A model generated the notes under the pieces. The model saw only the letters and a program-made list of their open reading frames with translations. It was not told the origin of the DNA and did not search any database. A DNA stretch of 63,254 bases, the filler included, from Octopus bimaculoides (lineage: Eukaryota), in assembly GCF_001194135.2 (NCBI RefSeq). It is 5 parts of 5 records of this genome, joined end to end, with 100 filler letters (N's around TTAATTAATTAA, not from the genome) between each part and the next. Parts side by side here need not be neighbours in the genome. Positions count along the whole stretch, not along the records: positions 7,717 to 16,600 come from NC_068981.1; positions 16,701 to 42,705 come from NC_068996.1; 3 more parts are not named here. One strand, given 5' to 3'. Each line of letters starts with the position of its first letter. The stretch's first letter is position 1. Positions 11,726-24,309 of the stretch are shown piece after piece. Both the position numbers and the translations under genes were made by a program.

Positions 11726-12717
11726 ATATCAGAATAAAAGAGATGGTAAATAAAAAATATAAGACGATGGAGAAAGATGAAAATAGAAAGTATGGGACAA
11801 AGAGAAGGAAAAATATAAACAGAAAGACTAGAGGCAGCAAAGCTTTCGATGAGAAGCAGAAGTAAGGCGAGGATAGTAGAATACACAGAGTCAGTATTGT
11901 GGAGACAGAATAGGACCAAAAAATAGTTACATATAGAAAAAAGTTGGAGAGGAGATGGAACTACACACATACAGACTTTCTCAAATATGATGTTTTGTAA
12001 TACATACTTATGTATACACCCATACACCGACACTCACCCATACAGACACGCGCGCGAGTATATATATTTTTATATGTGTCATTCAGAATTCAAGTGTAGT
12101 CGGATATTGACCGTGTTTCCAATTCAATTGTACTTTCATGTTTTGCCATGACAATCTTCACGTATAAAACTTGCAAGTACTAATGACTATGAATATCCGT
12201 TTAAAATCCAGTTATGCTGGAATTTTAGCTGCATAAATACACACATGCATACATATACACACATACACATATGCACGCACACACACACATACACACACAC
12301 ACATATGATCCGTTGAAAACATCAAAAGATGTAAAAACAAATTTCCATTTCCGACATGAAAATAATTATTTTAAGTAGACATCATGCAGGTTAATATAGC
12401 TTAATTTGGGTAATTAGAGATAATCTTTCAAGTAAAATAATGACCTGGATGAATGAGTCGCATAGTTTTACACGGTTAACATTTCGCTTCTCACCACCTG
12501 ACAGTAGGAATTAAGGATTTGCTAATTTGATTTCGATTAACAGTCGCTGGATTATTGATATTATGAAATGGTAGTCAATAACCTTTTAGTTGAACAGTAA
12601 CCACTATTNNNNNNNNNNNNNNNNNNNNNNNNNNNNNNNNNNNNNNNNNNNNNNNNNNNNNNNNNNNNNNNNNNNNNNNNNNNNNNNNNNNNNNNNNNNN
12701 NNNNNNNTATATATATA

Positions 12718-12887
12718 AAGGAGGGAATGCTAAAAGGTTCCTGGCTTGGGATGAAAGAAAATACAGGAAGATTCCCACCTTATTGCAGCGGTACTTCATT
12801 TTTCCTAAGACCTGTAAAGGAACTTGGAGAGCTGGGCCTCCAACCAGTGCTTTCGTGATACCCTTAAAGCCAGGAACTTTTCAGCAT

Positions 12888-12895
<8 letters not shown>
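12718..12895. mobile_element. Mariner-type MITE (~180 bp)
   Basis: Terminal inverted repeats gagggaatgctaaaaggttcctggctt (12721-12747) and aagccaggaacttttcagcatcccctcgt (12867-12895), mariner-like (A)CGAGGG...AAAAGT ends. Confidence 0.8.
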
Positions 12896-12919
<24 letters not shown>

Positions 12920-13054
12920 ATACATACATACATATGCATGTGTGTGTACGTACGTATGTACATACACACATACATACATGCATGCATACATGCATGCATA
13001 CATACATGCATACATACGTACGTACATACATACGTACATACATACATACATACA

Positions 13055-13085
<31 letters not shown>

Positions 13086-13371
13086 GTAAAGGAAAATCTG
13101 AAGAGAAGGTTGGTGTGAATTCTAGGCTTCCAGAGTAGTTCTTTCGTTTTATTATGTGTACAAACATAATCGAGATACACTTCGACTGGTGCACAAGGAT
13201 ATGACTAAGCGTAACCAGAGAAGATTCAACATCGATAACTGCAGCTGAACAACAGCAGCTGGGGACATAAACCGATGAAGATATCGGTTCACTACGGATA
13301 TCAGTAGCAGACGACTTTTCAAATAGACGATCATTTGTGGTGGTGGGAAGGGGAGATGATGACGATAATGC

Positions 13372-13406
<35 letters not shown>

Positions 13407-13559
13407 TCACTTGTGCTTGTGCATTAACTACGAGCTTTGGTCTCATTCGCCGTGTATTCATACTAAGCACTTAATCTTACTTCCCCTACTTATTATTTGA
13501 TGTTAGTGATTTTGTTGTACTGTTTAATGAATTGTATTGTAAATGTCGAGGGGGGAAAA

Positions 13560-14690
13560 AGAGTATATTTCTGTGTTTATACGTCATTGGAATTTTACAT
13601 CAAACTGTCCTTGAAGTGTTAAACATTACGACACCTCTCATTTTTGTCAGCAACATGGTAATGCTGTCAAGCCCACCGTCAAGCGTAGTGATGGGACAGT
13701 GTGGTGATCTCACCTCTACAAAGCTGAAGTACTTCGGCAGTTCCTCAACCCTTTGTTCTACTGTAAATGACTTTTGACCATTCTCCTAGCAACAAACATC
13801 TTATGTCCGACATATCCGTTAACTCTTCTCCTCTCCTCATTTTTCCCTCCTGCAGTCATTAACTGCAGAGGTATATGGTTGGGAGACCATATACCTCTTT
13901 CATCTACTTTCTACCCAGTGTTTATATAACCAGCAACCCCGGTTGTGCCACCGTTTTCGCCAACAGCTGTTTCATCGAACTCTTCTTCAAATACTTAGAC
14001 CACCTCCTCTCACCCTTGGTCGCAGTTCTCTTACATCCACAACACAAACTACACTCTCTATCTCTTAGTATCCTTCTTTTTTTCTCTCTGGTTCCTCTTA
14101 ACTCTTTTCTACTATGGACGTTAAGTACCTTTATATTGTCATCCCCACAACAACAGTCGCCTGGCTCTAAAATACTTCCGTTATACTACATTCGAGCCCA
14201 GCGTCACCACTTCCCTCCATCTCGATGAACTCGTCTTCACGATCAACAATTTCTCCTTTTCCGTAAAGGTCTTTGCCTCTTGTATATTACCTTCTCATAT
14301 ATTTTGGTATTAACCTGTGGGTAGGGGCGTAGCGTGCCAATTCCGCCTGTTTTCAGATCTAGTTCGCGATTTTAATGATCAGCTTCATACCTCCATACAT
14401 TATCGATTTGCTCACCGGTCAGAGCTTCTTCTAATTCTCCATTTGTGATATATAAGAATACTCTCCAGGTTTTGACGAGACAGGGATTCTTTATTCGTTA
14501 TTGTCTATTCTTGAATATATTCCTTGACTAAGAAGGCGCTGCCTCTTGTAAGATGAGTCTCCCGTGTCTGTTACTTTCCCTGGAGCCCAACTATGTCCAA
14601 CATTTGTTTTGACAGTCCCCACTCATAAAGCTGTTAATAGTTTGACCATCGTCGCTTCCACGAATGCCTGATTTTATAAATGTTATTGTG
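13560..14690 (-). mobile_element. Unexplained non-repetitive, purine-rich (minus) segment; possibly decayed LINE ORF1
   Basis: Short frames with many stops (GELEEALTGEQIDNVWRYE; RELDLKTGGIGTLRPYPQVNTKIYEKV); strand bias typical of LINE sense strand. Weak. Confidence 0.25.
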
Positions 14691-15509
14691 TGTAACTGTT
14701 ATTGTTTTTTTCTGTGTCATCTTTTTTTAAAGTATCGGTTTCTTTTTTTTTTGTGGACTGCAAATTTTGCCACCATCTTTGTGGGAACTTTCTACTACCA
14801 CCATTTTATAGAATGTAATGTTTACAATTTTTTCTCTTGCCTGAAAGTAAAACAGAGTTGTTTCAAAATGTAAAGTGTTTTCCTCCCTCAATTGGGGGAG
14901 GGAATAAACACTAAAAGACACCCCTTCCCTCTATGCAAGAAAGGTATAAGGTCTTTGATTTATTTACAAAGTAAAGAAATACGGTTATATAACTGTAGAT
15001 ATTTCTCACTGATGTAATGCGTGATAATATTTTATAAATATGAAAACGATCTAAAACAAACACTTTCTAATGTAAAAGCAATACAACGACAAATTACGAA
15101 CTGCAGTATGTTTGTCCAGATATTAAAGCACAAAGTATTTACACATATTTGCCAGACAAAACAGAAAACACCAAGAGTTTGTTGATAAATAATGTCGTAT
15201 GATTGGATATAACGCAAATTTATCAATAGCGTTGATTGATTATCGAATATCATTTAATTTACCTTTTTATAGATTACTAAATGCACCCCTGCATTTCCAT
15301 AGTGCATAAAGAATACTGAGATCCACTGGGATTCTAAAAAGCTTTTATATTTGCTTAAAAACTTTAAAAAATATTATTTAGATTTCATGGAAGGAAGTGA
15401 TTAAACTTTGATTTCGAAGTTATTGAAACACCAAATTAATTCACATCACTTAACTACATTAAAATCGTTGAAACCAGTAGTTGTTTTACCATAACATCTT
15501 TGCAAAACA

Positions 15510-15655
15510 TTAGTTTCAAATTTTGGCACAAAGCCAGCAACTTCGGGGAAGGGTGCTAGTCGATTACATTGACCCCAGTGCTAAACTGGTACTGAATTTA
15601 TCGACCTCGAAAGGATGAAAAGCAAAGTCGACCCCGGCATTTGAATTCAAGACGT
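15510..15655 (-). mobile_element. SINE family A, partial
   Basis: Reverse complement of core and tail. Confidence 0.8.
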
Positions 15656-15679
15656 AAATTAGTAAATTAGTCAAGAGGA

Positions 15680-16600
15680 CGTTGACGGGGACAGTAATCA
15701 GCAATAAATAGTGGTTCGCTCTGAAAAGGATGAATAGAATAGAATCGATAAGGTTTAGCAAAGGACTAGCAGTAGAAAGAAACAGAGTAGAGACAGAGCT
15801 AGTCAAGAAGTTAGACGAGGCTTTTAGAAAAGGCATCGCGACCGACGTATTCGCTACGAGATTGGCATTCGACCAATTCTTCAACGCGAAACACGAAAGT
15901 TGCGTTGTCAGAGCTATGGCACGAACACTTAGACAAGAAGGGACGAAAGCCGTTCAGTGGGCCCGACTGGCAGAGGCACGGCGTGGAAATAAATGCACGA
16001 TCCGATCCTTGCCGGACCACGAAGGGCAAATGATAACTGATCCGAGATAGATGTGTGCGGCCTTTCAGTGGCGCATTGCTCAACTATTCGTGAGTTACGG
16101 TGAGCCGGGTCGCAGGATGGATTTCACTTCCTACCTCGACGGGCTGCCGCAGCTTTTGGCGACAGAGGCGGAGCACTACGAAAGGCCAATAACATCCTTT
16201 GAAATACAAGAAGCAATGGCTAGTTGCACCAAGGGTAAATTGCTTAGTTTGGATGATCTATCCTACGAGCTTTACGTTTACATGTTAGACTTGTTCGGTG
16301 ACCTCTTAGCAAACGTTTACTGCAACTGGCAACAGAATGGAAGAATTCCCAGTTTTGTGAGCCGAGGAGCGGTGGCGTTGCTGAGAAAAGACCCGAACAA
16401 AGGGAATTGTATTGACAACTTTTAGCCCATAACTCTGCTGAATGCAGAGTTCAAAATTTTGGCGATGGATTTTGGCGCTTATCGTCGGAATTCTGGTAGG
16501 GCAGTCACAGACATGTACCATCCTAAAAAGATCCATCTACCACCTCATGCGATACATCATTGAGAAAGTGACTAAAGAACTTGGCACGAGTGGGACCCTG
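15680..16600 (+). mobile_element. L1/Tx1-clade LINE ORF2 (linker to start of RT), two in-frame stops, cut by gap
   Basis: PITSFEIQEAMASCTKGKLLSLDDLSYELY (KSPGLDG motif region), LFGDLLANVYCNWQQNGRIP, GAVALLRKDPNKG...NF*PITLLNAEFKILA; TAG at 16048 and 16423. Confidence 0.9.
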
Positions 16601-16644
16601 NNNNNNNNNNNNNNNNNNNNNNNNNNNNNNNNNNNNNNNNNNNN

Positions 16645-16656
16645 TTAATTAATTAA
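16645..16656. other. Assembly gap tag TTAATTAATTAA
   Basis: 44 N each side. Confidence 0.95.
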
Positions 16657-16950
16657 NNNNNNNNNNNNNNNNNNNNNNNNNNNNNNNNNNNNNNNNNNNN
16701 CTTTTAATACAGTTTAATTAATGTGTTATACAGTGCAGTACAGTACTGTATTTTCATTTATTACTTTATATTAATTCTTAAGCATGAAAATGCTTATTTT
16801 ACCACAGAAATAATTGCAATCTAAAAAAATATTAATACCTATCAGCCGCAGAAACCCACAATATAAATTTACATGTATTGGCCAGAAAAATCCACAATGT
16901 AGTGAGGGCACAATAGGTGAACTGTAATATGGCAATTAATTACTGTATGT

Positions 16951-16996
<46 letters not shown>

Positions 16997-17283
16997 ATAT
17001 ATATATATAATCATTATCATGTTTAATGCGCACTTATCTATGCTTGCATAGCTCAGACTGAATTCACTGAGACTGTTCCTCCTGAAGCTAACCTGTAGCT
17101 AACATCTGTTTCCAAGCAAGGTAATATTTCACCATGGACCAGACATATTCTTGTAGAAGGTTGGAAATGAACAGCCTCATGGTGATGCTTATTTACACAA
17201 CCATCACATGGTGTCAAGATAAGGTGGCACACAAATACACGCACACACACACACACACACACACGCACACACAACATTTTACA

Positions 17284-17458
17284 CACAGGGTTTAAATTTG
17301 AACTGCTATTAGTTTCATGCTGTGAAAACATGAAGGTCAGATAAGCTTGGATAGCAAGCCATATGTTTCCAAATACTGTATATTTTAGTCTGGAAGCTTG
17401 TCCAACCAACATTTTTTCACAGCATGAAACTAATAGTAGCTCAGATTTAAATCCTGTG
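17284..17458. mobile_element. Foldback/MITE-like inverted repeat (~175 bp)
   Basis: cacagggtttaaatttgaactgctattagtttcatgctgtgaaaa pairs with ttttcacagcatgaaactaatagtagctcagatttaaatcctgtg. Confidence 0.8.
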
Positions 17459-17661
17459 TTTATTAAATGGTATCTATCTCACACTATTTTTGTTTTTTGT
17501 TTTTTTTATCCTAACAATAATAGAATTGTACATTGTGTGTGAATATATATATATATGTATGAATGTATGTATATAAATAATATAAAGGTAAAAATGATTA
17601 AATAATTATTTATCAGTGGCTAGCATGGATAATAAGAGTTAGAAGACATAAATGTTTTTAA

Positions 17662-17851
17662 ATATAATAGTGTATGAGACATACACAAAGAGAAAATCTA
17701 CCATGTGGATTTCTTACATGCTAAAAATGGCAGTCAAAGCCTAAAGCCACGAAAGAATATTCTTTCGTGGTTTTAGGCTTTGACTGCCATTTTTAGCATG
17801 TAAGAAATCCATGTGGTTTTCTCTTCGTGTATATTTCATGCACTATTATAT
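17662..17851. repeat. Near-perfect palindrome, 106-bp core with no spacer
   Basis: 17706-17811 is self-complementary about 17758/17759 with one mismatch; imperfect arms extend to about 17662/17851. Confidence 0.95.
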
Positions 17852-17915
17852 GCTTTCGGTACAAATGGATTTTTGTTCAGTGCCGTATTTTACAATCCTG
17901 TAATAAATAATAATA

Positions 17916-18216
17916 ATGGTATTTTTATATAAGCTTAAAGTTTATAGCGATCACCATGCAATGGCTAAGGAAAATAGTCTGACAAAGGGGCATATAAGCC
18001 CTTGACAGAAAAAAGAAGGCTTTCCTATCCACATGGGAGTCGAGTGTAAAAGTAACACACTTAGTCACGTTAACAAAGGTGTGTGAGTTCAACTCCCACG
18101 CAGATAATAAAGCCTTCTTTTTCCTGTCAAGGGCTTACATGCCTCTTTATTAGACTAATTTCCTTAGTCATTGCACAGTGATCACCATAAGCTTTCAGCT
18201 TATATAAAAATACTAT
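17916..18216. mobile_element. Foldback/MITE-like element (~300 bp) with ~125-bp inverted arms
   Basis: atggtatttttatataagcttaaagtttatagcgatcaccatgcaatggctaagg... pairs with ...ccttagtcattgcacagtgatcaccataagctttcagcttatataaaaatactat. Confidence 0.85.
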
Positions 18217-18217
18217 T

Positions 18218-18278
<61 letters not shown>

Positions 18279-19146
18279 TATATATTTACATTATNNNNNN
18301 NNNNNNNNNNNNNNNNNNNNNNNNNNNNNNNNNNNNNNNNNNNNNNNNNNNNNNNNNNNNNNNNNNNNNNNNNNNNNNNNNNNNNNNNNNNNNNNNNNNN
18401 NNNNNNNNNNNNNNNNNNNNNNNNNNNNNNNNNNNNNNNNNNNNNNNNNNNNNNNNNNNNNNNNNNNNNNNNNNNNNNNNNNNNNNNNNNNNNNNNNNNN
18501 NNNNNNNNNNNNNNNNNNNNNNNNNNNNNNNNNNNNNNNNNNNNNNNNNNNNNNNNNNNNNNNNNNNNNNNNNNNNNNNNNNNNNNNNNNNNNNNNNNNN
18601 NNNNNNNNNNNNNNNNNNNNNNNNNNNNNNNNNNNNNNNNNNNNNNNNNNNNNNNNNNNNNNNNNNNNNNNNNNNNNNNNNNNNNNNNNNNNNNNNNNNN
18701 NNNNNNNNNNNNNNNNNNNNNNNNNNNNNNNNNNNNNNNNNNNNNNNNNNNNNNNNNNNNNNNNNNNNNNNNNNNNNNNNNNNNNNNNNNNNNNNNNNNN
18801 NNNNNNNNNNNNNNNNNNNNNNNNNNNNNNNNNNNNNNNNNNNNNNNNNNNNNNNNNNNNNNNNNNNNNNNNNNNNNNNNNNNNNNNNNNNNNNNNNNNN
18901 NNNNNNNNNNNNNNNNNNNNNNNNNNNNNNNNNNNNNNNNNNNNNNNNNNNNNNNNNNNNNNNNNNNNNNNNNNNNNNNNNNNNNNNNNNNNNNNNNNNN
19001 NNNNNNNNNNNNNNNNNNNNNNNNNNNNNNNNNNNNNNNNNNNNNNNNNNNNNNNNNNNNNNNNNNNNNNNNNNNNNNNNNNNNNNNNNNNNNNNNNNNN
19101 NNNNNNNNNNNNNNNNNNNNNNNNNNNNNNNNNNNNNNNNNNNNNA

Positions 19147-19505
19147 GAAGTGCCTTCCTAAACACATAGTTCTGGGTTCAGTCCTCTGTTACCTGAGACA
19201 AGTGTTTTCTATTATAGCCCCAGACTGACTAAAGCCTTATGTGAGTGGATTTGTTAAACAGAAACTGAAAAGCCTGTTGTGAGTAATTTGTGTATGTGTG
19301 TGTATTTGTTCCCTACCACTACTTGATAATCAGTGTCAATTTTTTTTGCATCCTTGTAACTTAGCATTTGAGCAAGAGAAATCATTAGAATAAACACAAG
19401 GCTTAAGGAAAGTAAAATGTAGTGGGGTCAGTTTACCTGACTAAAACCATTCAAGGTAATGCCCCAACATGGCCGTAGTCAAATGACTGTAACTAGTAAA
19501 AGATA
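19147..19505 (+). mobile_element. SINE family B, diverged copy
   Basis: gggttcagtcc...gacaagtgttttctattatagcc...gtggatttg...aaactgaaaagcc, internal TG tract, tail cagtcaaatgactg. Confidence 0.7.
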
Positions 19506-20536
19506 TGTATATATTTATCTTAGTAAATCATTGATGTGAGAGGAATGTTTGCTGTTGCAGTTAGAAAGAATATCTTTCTGTCTCTCTCTCTCTCTCTCCC
19601 TCTCTCTTCAGTCTTCTGCAGATATGTGTCTGTGTTGTGAAGACAAGAAAGGAGGGGTGAAGGAAGTAAATTCAATGTGCACACCAAGGGAGTTCTTGGT
19701 AGCTGAACCTCTGTGAAAAGGAGCAGTTTTTGCAGGAATAATAATTTTATCTCCTTGTTTTCTCCCTTTCCCCACTCATCATCATCGTCGTCGTCATCAT
19801 CATCATCATCACCATGCCTTTGTTTGTTTCATGCAGATTTCTCCCTGGGGACCAATTCCTAACTTTGTATAGCATGGGATGTTGTTCCAAGGATGCTGAT
19901 GGAAGTTTTGCCATTTAGATTCTTTGTTTTTGGTTACATCTGTTATTGCTCACAGACTAAAGCCAACTGATAGCTATTGGAACTGACTGCAACCTAATAC
20001 TGAATGATGAGTCTAGATGAGCGTGGATGGCCATTATTGGAGCCAGAGCTGCTCAGTCACAATGTACTTGAAGGAAGTAGGTGTTAGCAACAGCAGTGAC
20101 TGTGGTGGTGGTGGTGATGGTGGTGGCGGGGTTGGCATTCATGGTGATGGTGGTGGTGGTTGTGGAAATAGTGATGGTGTTTGTGACAGTGAAAGTGGTG
20201 GTGGGGGTGGGGGTGGTGTTGGCAGTGGCGGCGTTAATAGAGGCAGATGTGGTGGCGGTAGTGGTCGTGTTGTTGTTGTTGGTGGTGGTGGTGTTGTAAA
20301 GCTAATGTTGCCAGTGGAGTCATTTCAACATGAGATCAGGTCAGGTTAATCAAACTCATGATCAAAGGTGTTCCCGCCATGACCATCTCATCAAATTTTG
20401 GAGCTATTTAAGACTGCATTAAACAATGGATTCTTTCTTTCTCCCACACAATAGGGAATGATTTAAATAACATTTGTTATATTTTAGGGGTCAAAAGACT
20501 ACATAATGGTTCCTCTCCTTCATTGATTGTCTATAG

Positions 20537-21080
20537 CAGGGCTCACCAAAGTTTTTTCACAGCTGGCCAGATAACTGAGAGAATGATGAGCACAGGCTAC
20601 ATACCTGTTTTGTTCAATACTATACAGTGAATACACAAAAGATAAAGACAACCAACATATTTATTTACCAAAAAGTTATTAAAGAAGGCAACGTTGGCAA
20701 TGACATAGATATATCACACTCAGTGCGCACATATCTGAATCTCAGAAACTAAACAGCAAAAAAATGGTTGGTGAGATTTGTGAAACTGGTGATTAGCTTT
20801 TAAGATGTCATCAATATTTGCTTTGGAATTGCTGCATCCAACCGAGAGAATTGCTTTGAAATGTTCATCAGTCAACCTCGTTCGATGTGCTGACTTCACA
20901 TTCTTCATTATTGAAAATGTTTGCTCACAGACATAAGTTGTTCCAAACAATGATGTTATACCAGAGGCAAATGAACTCTCATTGCAAGTACTTATGCAAA
21001 AGGTACAGTGTAGCAGCAGGGTGGATGAACTGACCTTACGGGCCAGATCCAGCCCGTGGGCCATAGTTTGGTGACTCCCG
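20537..21080 (-). mobile_element. Internally deleted hAT (Charlie/Buster-like) DNA transposon, 544 bp
   Basis: Ends cagggctcaccaaa / tttggtgactcccg; 8-bp TSD gtctatag (20529-36) / atctatag (21081-88); C-terminal dimerisation motif LFGTTYVCEQTFSIMKNVKSAHRTRLTDEH...HQFHKSH. Confidence 0.9.
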
Positions 21081-23062
21081 ATCTATAGTAAAGATAGTTG
21101 CTGCTACTACCATTGTTGTTATTTAGTTTAGTTCAACTCTGACTTGGTATACTTTCAATGAAAGGCTTTCCACCAGTGCCTACCCTGCCTTTTTTTTTTA
21201 TTTCTTTGTTTTCTGTGTGGAACCCAGGGTCATATTTTCCAATGTACCCTCACCCCCATTCTATTTTAAGAGAGTACAGCGAGATATGAAAGAGATTCAG
21301 CTGCTGTTTCTAGCAGACAGAACAACCATATAGTTGTTCTGCTATTGGTTCAGTTTGTTGGCAGAGCAGTGATGGTGGTGATGGTGAGAGAGGTGCATTG
21401 ATGAAATGAGAAGCTGCGTTACATTAAGCTTCCCTTATGTAAAGAAAGAGACACGCCCTATCAGTTTACTGCCTGACACTGTTGGGTGGAGGGGGTGTGC
21501 CGTGGTGGTGGTGGTGGTGGTGGGAGGCAAAAAAAAGGAGGGTCAAAGAAGGAGCAGACTGCCAACCAACATAAAGACAACAAATGAAAAATACATTAAT
21601 AAATATATTGATGGGAAATTAAATAAACAACTTTTACAGTTTTTTTTTATATAATATTTGGTTGTATTGCATTTCCCTTACACTCTCCCACCTCTCCCCC
21701 TTACTACTGTACCCTTTTGCTTCTTTTGTCTTTTCTTGCTTTCTTTTCTTTTCTTCCGTGTTTATTCTTTTTCTTTGTTTCTTCATCTTATTCTTCTTTT
21801 TCATTGATTTTTTTTTCTTTTTCTCTTGTTCTTTATTTTTCGGGGGGGGGGGGGGGTTCTTCTTTTTTTTCTTTTTCTTTTTCTTTTTCTTCTTCTTGAG
21901 ATGATAATTGAAGCTATCAGGTTTCATTGCTGCTGTTCTTGCATATATGTATAAATGTATTTATATTCATGTGTGTGTGTATATATATGCACATATAGAC
22001 AAACAATTATAGCCACTACTACTAATGATGATGATGACAACTTAGAGTAAACATCATACCGTATAGTTTGTGAATGTAACTTGTCCAAGGACACAGGGCA
22101 TTGCTACAAAAAGAGATCATACTATAGATATGGATATCATGTAACAAGGACTTTCACTGATCAGCCTCTATACTGATAAGGACATCTTCCTAATTAAGGT
22201 AGGAATGTTGTTGTTATTGTTGTTGTTTACAGACCTACGTTCACTCTGGATGAGCATACCTACAGCATATCATTAGCTTGCCAAATGGAAAAGTGCAAAT
22301 CACTGATCTTTTGTGTATCTAACCATTCACTCCAACCCCCACCAAGCTTTAAACAATGTTGTACTCTGAGATCTAGCCTAGTGGTGATCTGCCCTTGGAT
22401 AGATCTTGTGCATTTAAACCTCCTCCAGTACCTTCTGTGTAACCTGGGAAGGCCTGTACCTTCTGCTGCCACTATTAAGTAGATTACTGGAACTTTGGTT
22501 ACCATGGGATGACTGGGGGATGACTTACTAGAGTGGTTTCCCATTGCCTTCTTCAAGTAGGTGGGATTTGAACTCAGAATGTAGAGAGCTAGAAGATATA
22601 CTGTAAAGCATCTCTGCCAGCATGCTAACAATTCTGATGGTACTCTCCCACCTCAGAGCAATGTGAAATGCAGTGTTTTGCTCAAGAACACAATATGTCA
22701 CCTGGTCCGAGAATGGAATTCACAATCTAATAGTCATGAATGCAACACCCTAACCACTAGGACACTCACCTTTCACAATTCTGAGATGCATTGCTTTAAT
22801 CTGGACATGTACACACACACACACACTTTCTCAATCATGCCCCCCACCATTCTCTCTCTCTCTCTCTTCAGTCTGGACATGTACTTTTCCTCCATTGTCC
22901 TGTTTGCTCACCTTTATGGTTATTTTTCTTACTATTGTGCTTTAGCCCCAAATGAACTCTGATAAAGCAAACTTAGAATTAAATATTCTTACCTTTTTGT
23001 TTCCACAATTAGAGTAATTATCCACTATATCTTTTTTTTTTAATAGTTAGGTGTAATATGAG

Positions 23063-23533
23063 TGGAGGCGTAATGGCCCAGTAGTTAGGGCAGCGGACTC
23101 GCGGTCATAGGATCGCGGTTTCAATTCCCAGACCGGGTGTTGTGAGTGTTTATTGAGCGAAAACACCTAAAAGTTCCACGAGGCTCCAGCAGGGGATGGT
23201 GGCAAACCCTGCTGTACTCTTTCACCACAACTTTCTCTCACTCTTCCTTCCTGTTTCTGTGGTACCTGTATTTCTAAGGGCCAGCCTTGTCACACACTGT
23301 GTCATGCTGAATCACTCTGAGAACTATGTTAAGGGTACACATGTCTGTGGAGTGCTCAGCCACTTGCACGTTAATTTCACGAGCAGGCTGTTCCATTGAT
23401 CGNNNNNNNNNNACACATGTCTGTGGAGTGCTCAGCCACTTGCACGTTAATTTCACGAGCAGGCTGTTCCATTGATCGGATCAACAGGAACCCTCGACGT
23501 CGCAAGCGACGGAGTGCCAACAACAACAACAAC
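23063..23533 (+). mobile_element. tRNA-derived SINE family D, young, full-length
   Basis: A-box tggcccagtagtt and B-box ggtttcaattccc, (ACA)n tail, perfect 14-bp TSD aggtgtaatatgag (23049-62, 23534-47). About 66 bp is duplicated across the 10-N gap (artefact). Confidence 0.9.
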
Positions 23534-24309
23534 AGGTGTAATATGAGGGAGATTTAGTTGCTATTTCTAACTGGTTGAACAACCATAAACATGTTACTTT
23601 AGCAGGTACAGTGCTGGTGGTCAAAGTAGATTTGGTTCAGCTGCTACAGTAATCAACCTGCTACAATTGGCAGTGAAGTGTCTCTTAAAACACACACAAA
23701 TGACTTTTAAATGTTTAATGAAGAGGACAGATAGGCTACTGTACTCCAAGATACATTATAGCCTGGAGAAAACAAGAGATGCTCTTGACAGCAATGCTAG
23801 AAATCATAGATCTAGTCCATCTTAGTTGACCTGGAGGTTAAACAACAGGAATGGTTCATAAATTTTGAAATCTGAAAAAGACATAGCAAAGAAGAGGTTA
23901 GATTCCAATAGCCATGATAATAATAACCAGAGAAAATATATTGTGATTCAGTTACTCATCTATTCTTTTATTCTTTTACTGGCTTCAGTTACTGGATTCT
24001 GATTATGGAATTTTAAAGACTGTAAAATTTGATTATAAAGATAATTCTAGCATTAACAAGTACAGTAATTATTAAAAGTACAATAATTAAAATTATTACA
24101 AGTACATTAATCATATCTTAATTAATAGAAGAGTAGCAAATAATAATGATAATTATCATAATTTTAATGATTATTGTAATTACAAGAATAGTCATTATAA
24201 TTACTAGTGATTTTAATGACTGAACTCATGAACAGTATATATCTGATGTGTGTGTGTGTGTGTGTACACAACAGGAACTTTGCAATATTATTTTATTCCC
24301 TTATTTTTA

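Noticed and set aside
14590-14625. VGTVKTNVGH resembling the PKS/FAS ketosynthase motif
   Set aside because: Stop immediately upstream, wrong spacing to other motifs, no further similarity.
20017-20349. Gly-rich ORF
   Set aside because: GGT microsatellite; no unique in-frame part with splice support.
23063-23130. tRNA-like sequences here and at 38630 and 58562
   Set aside because: Heads of SINEs; they continue into SINE bodies.
23337-23478. Direct repeat across a 10-N gap (also at 27214 and 62098)
   Set aside because: Overlapping contig ends left unmerged.
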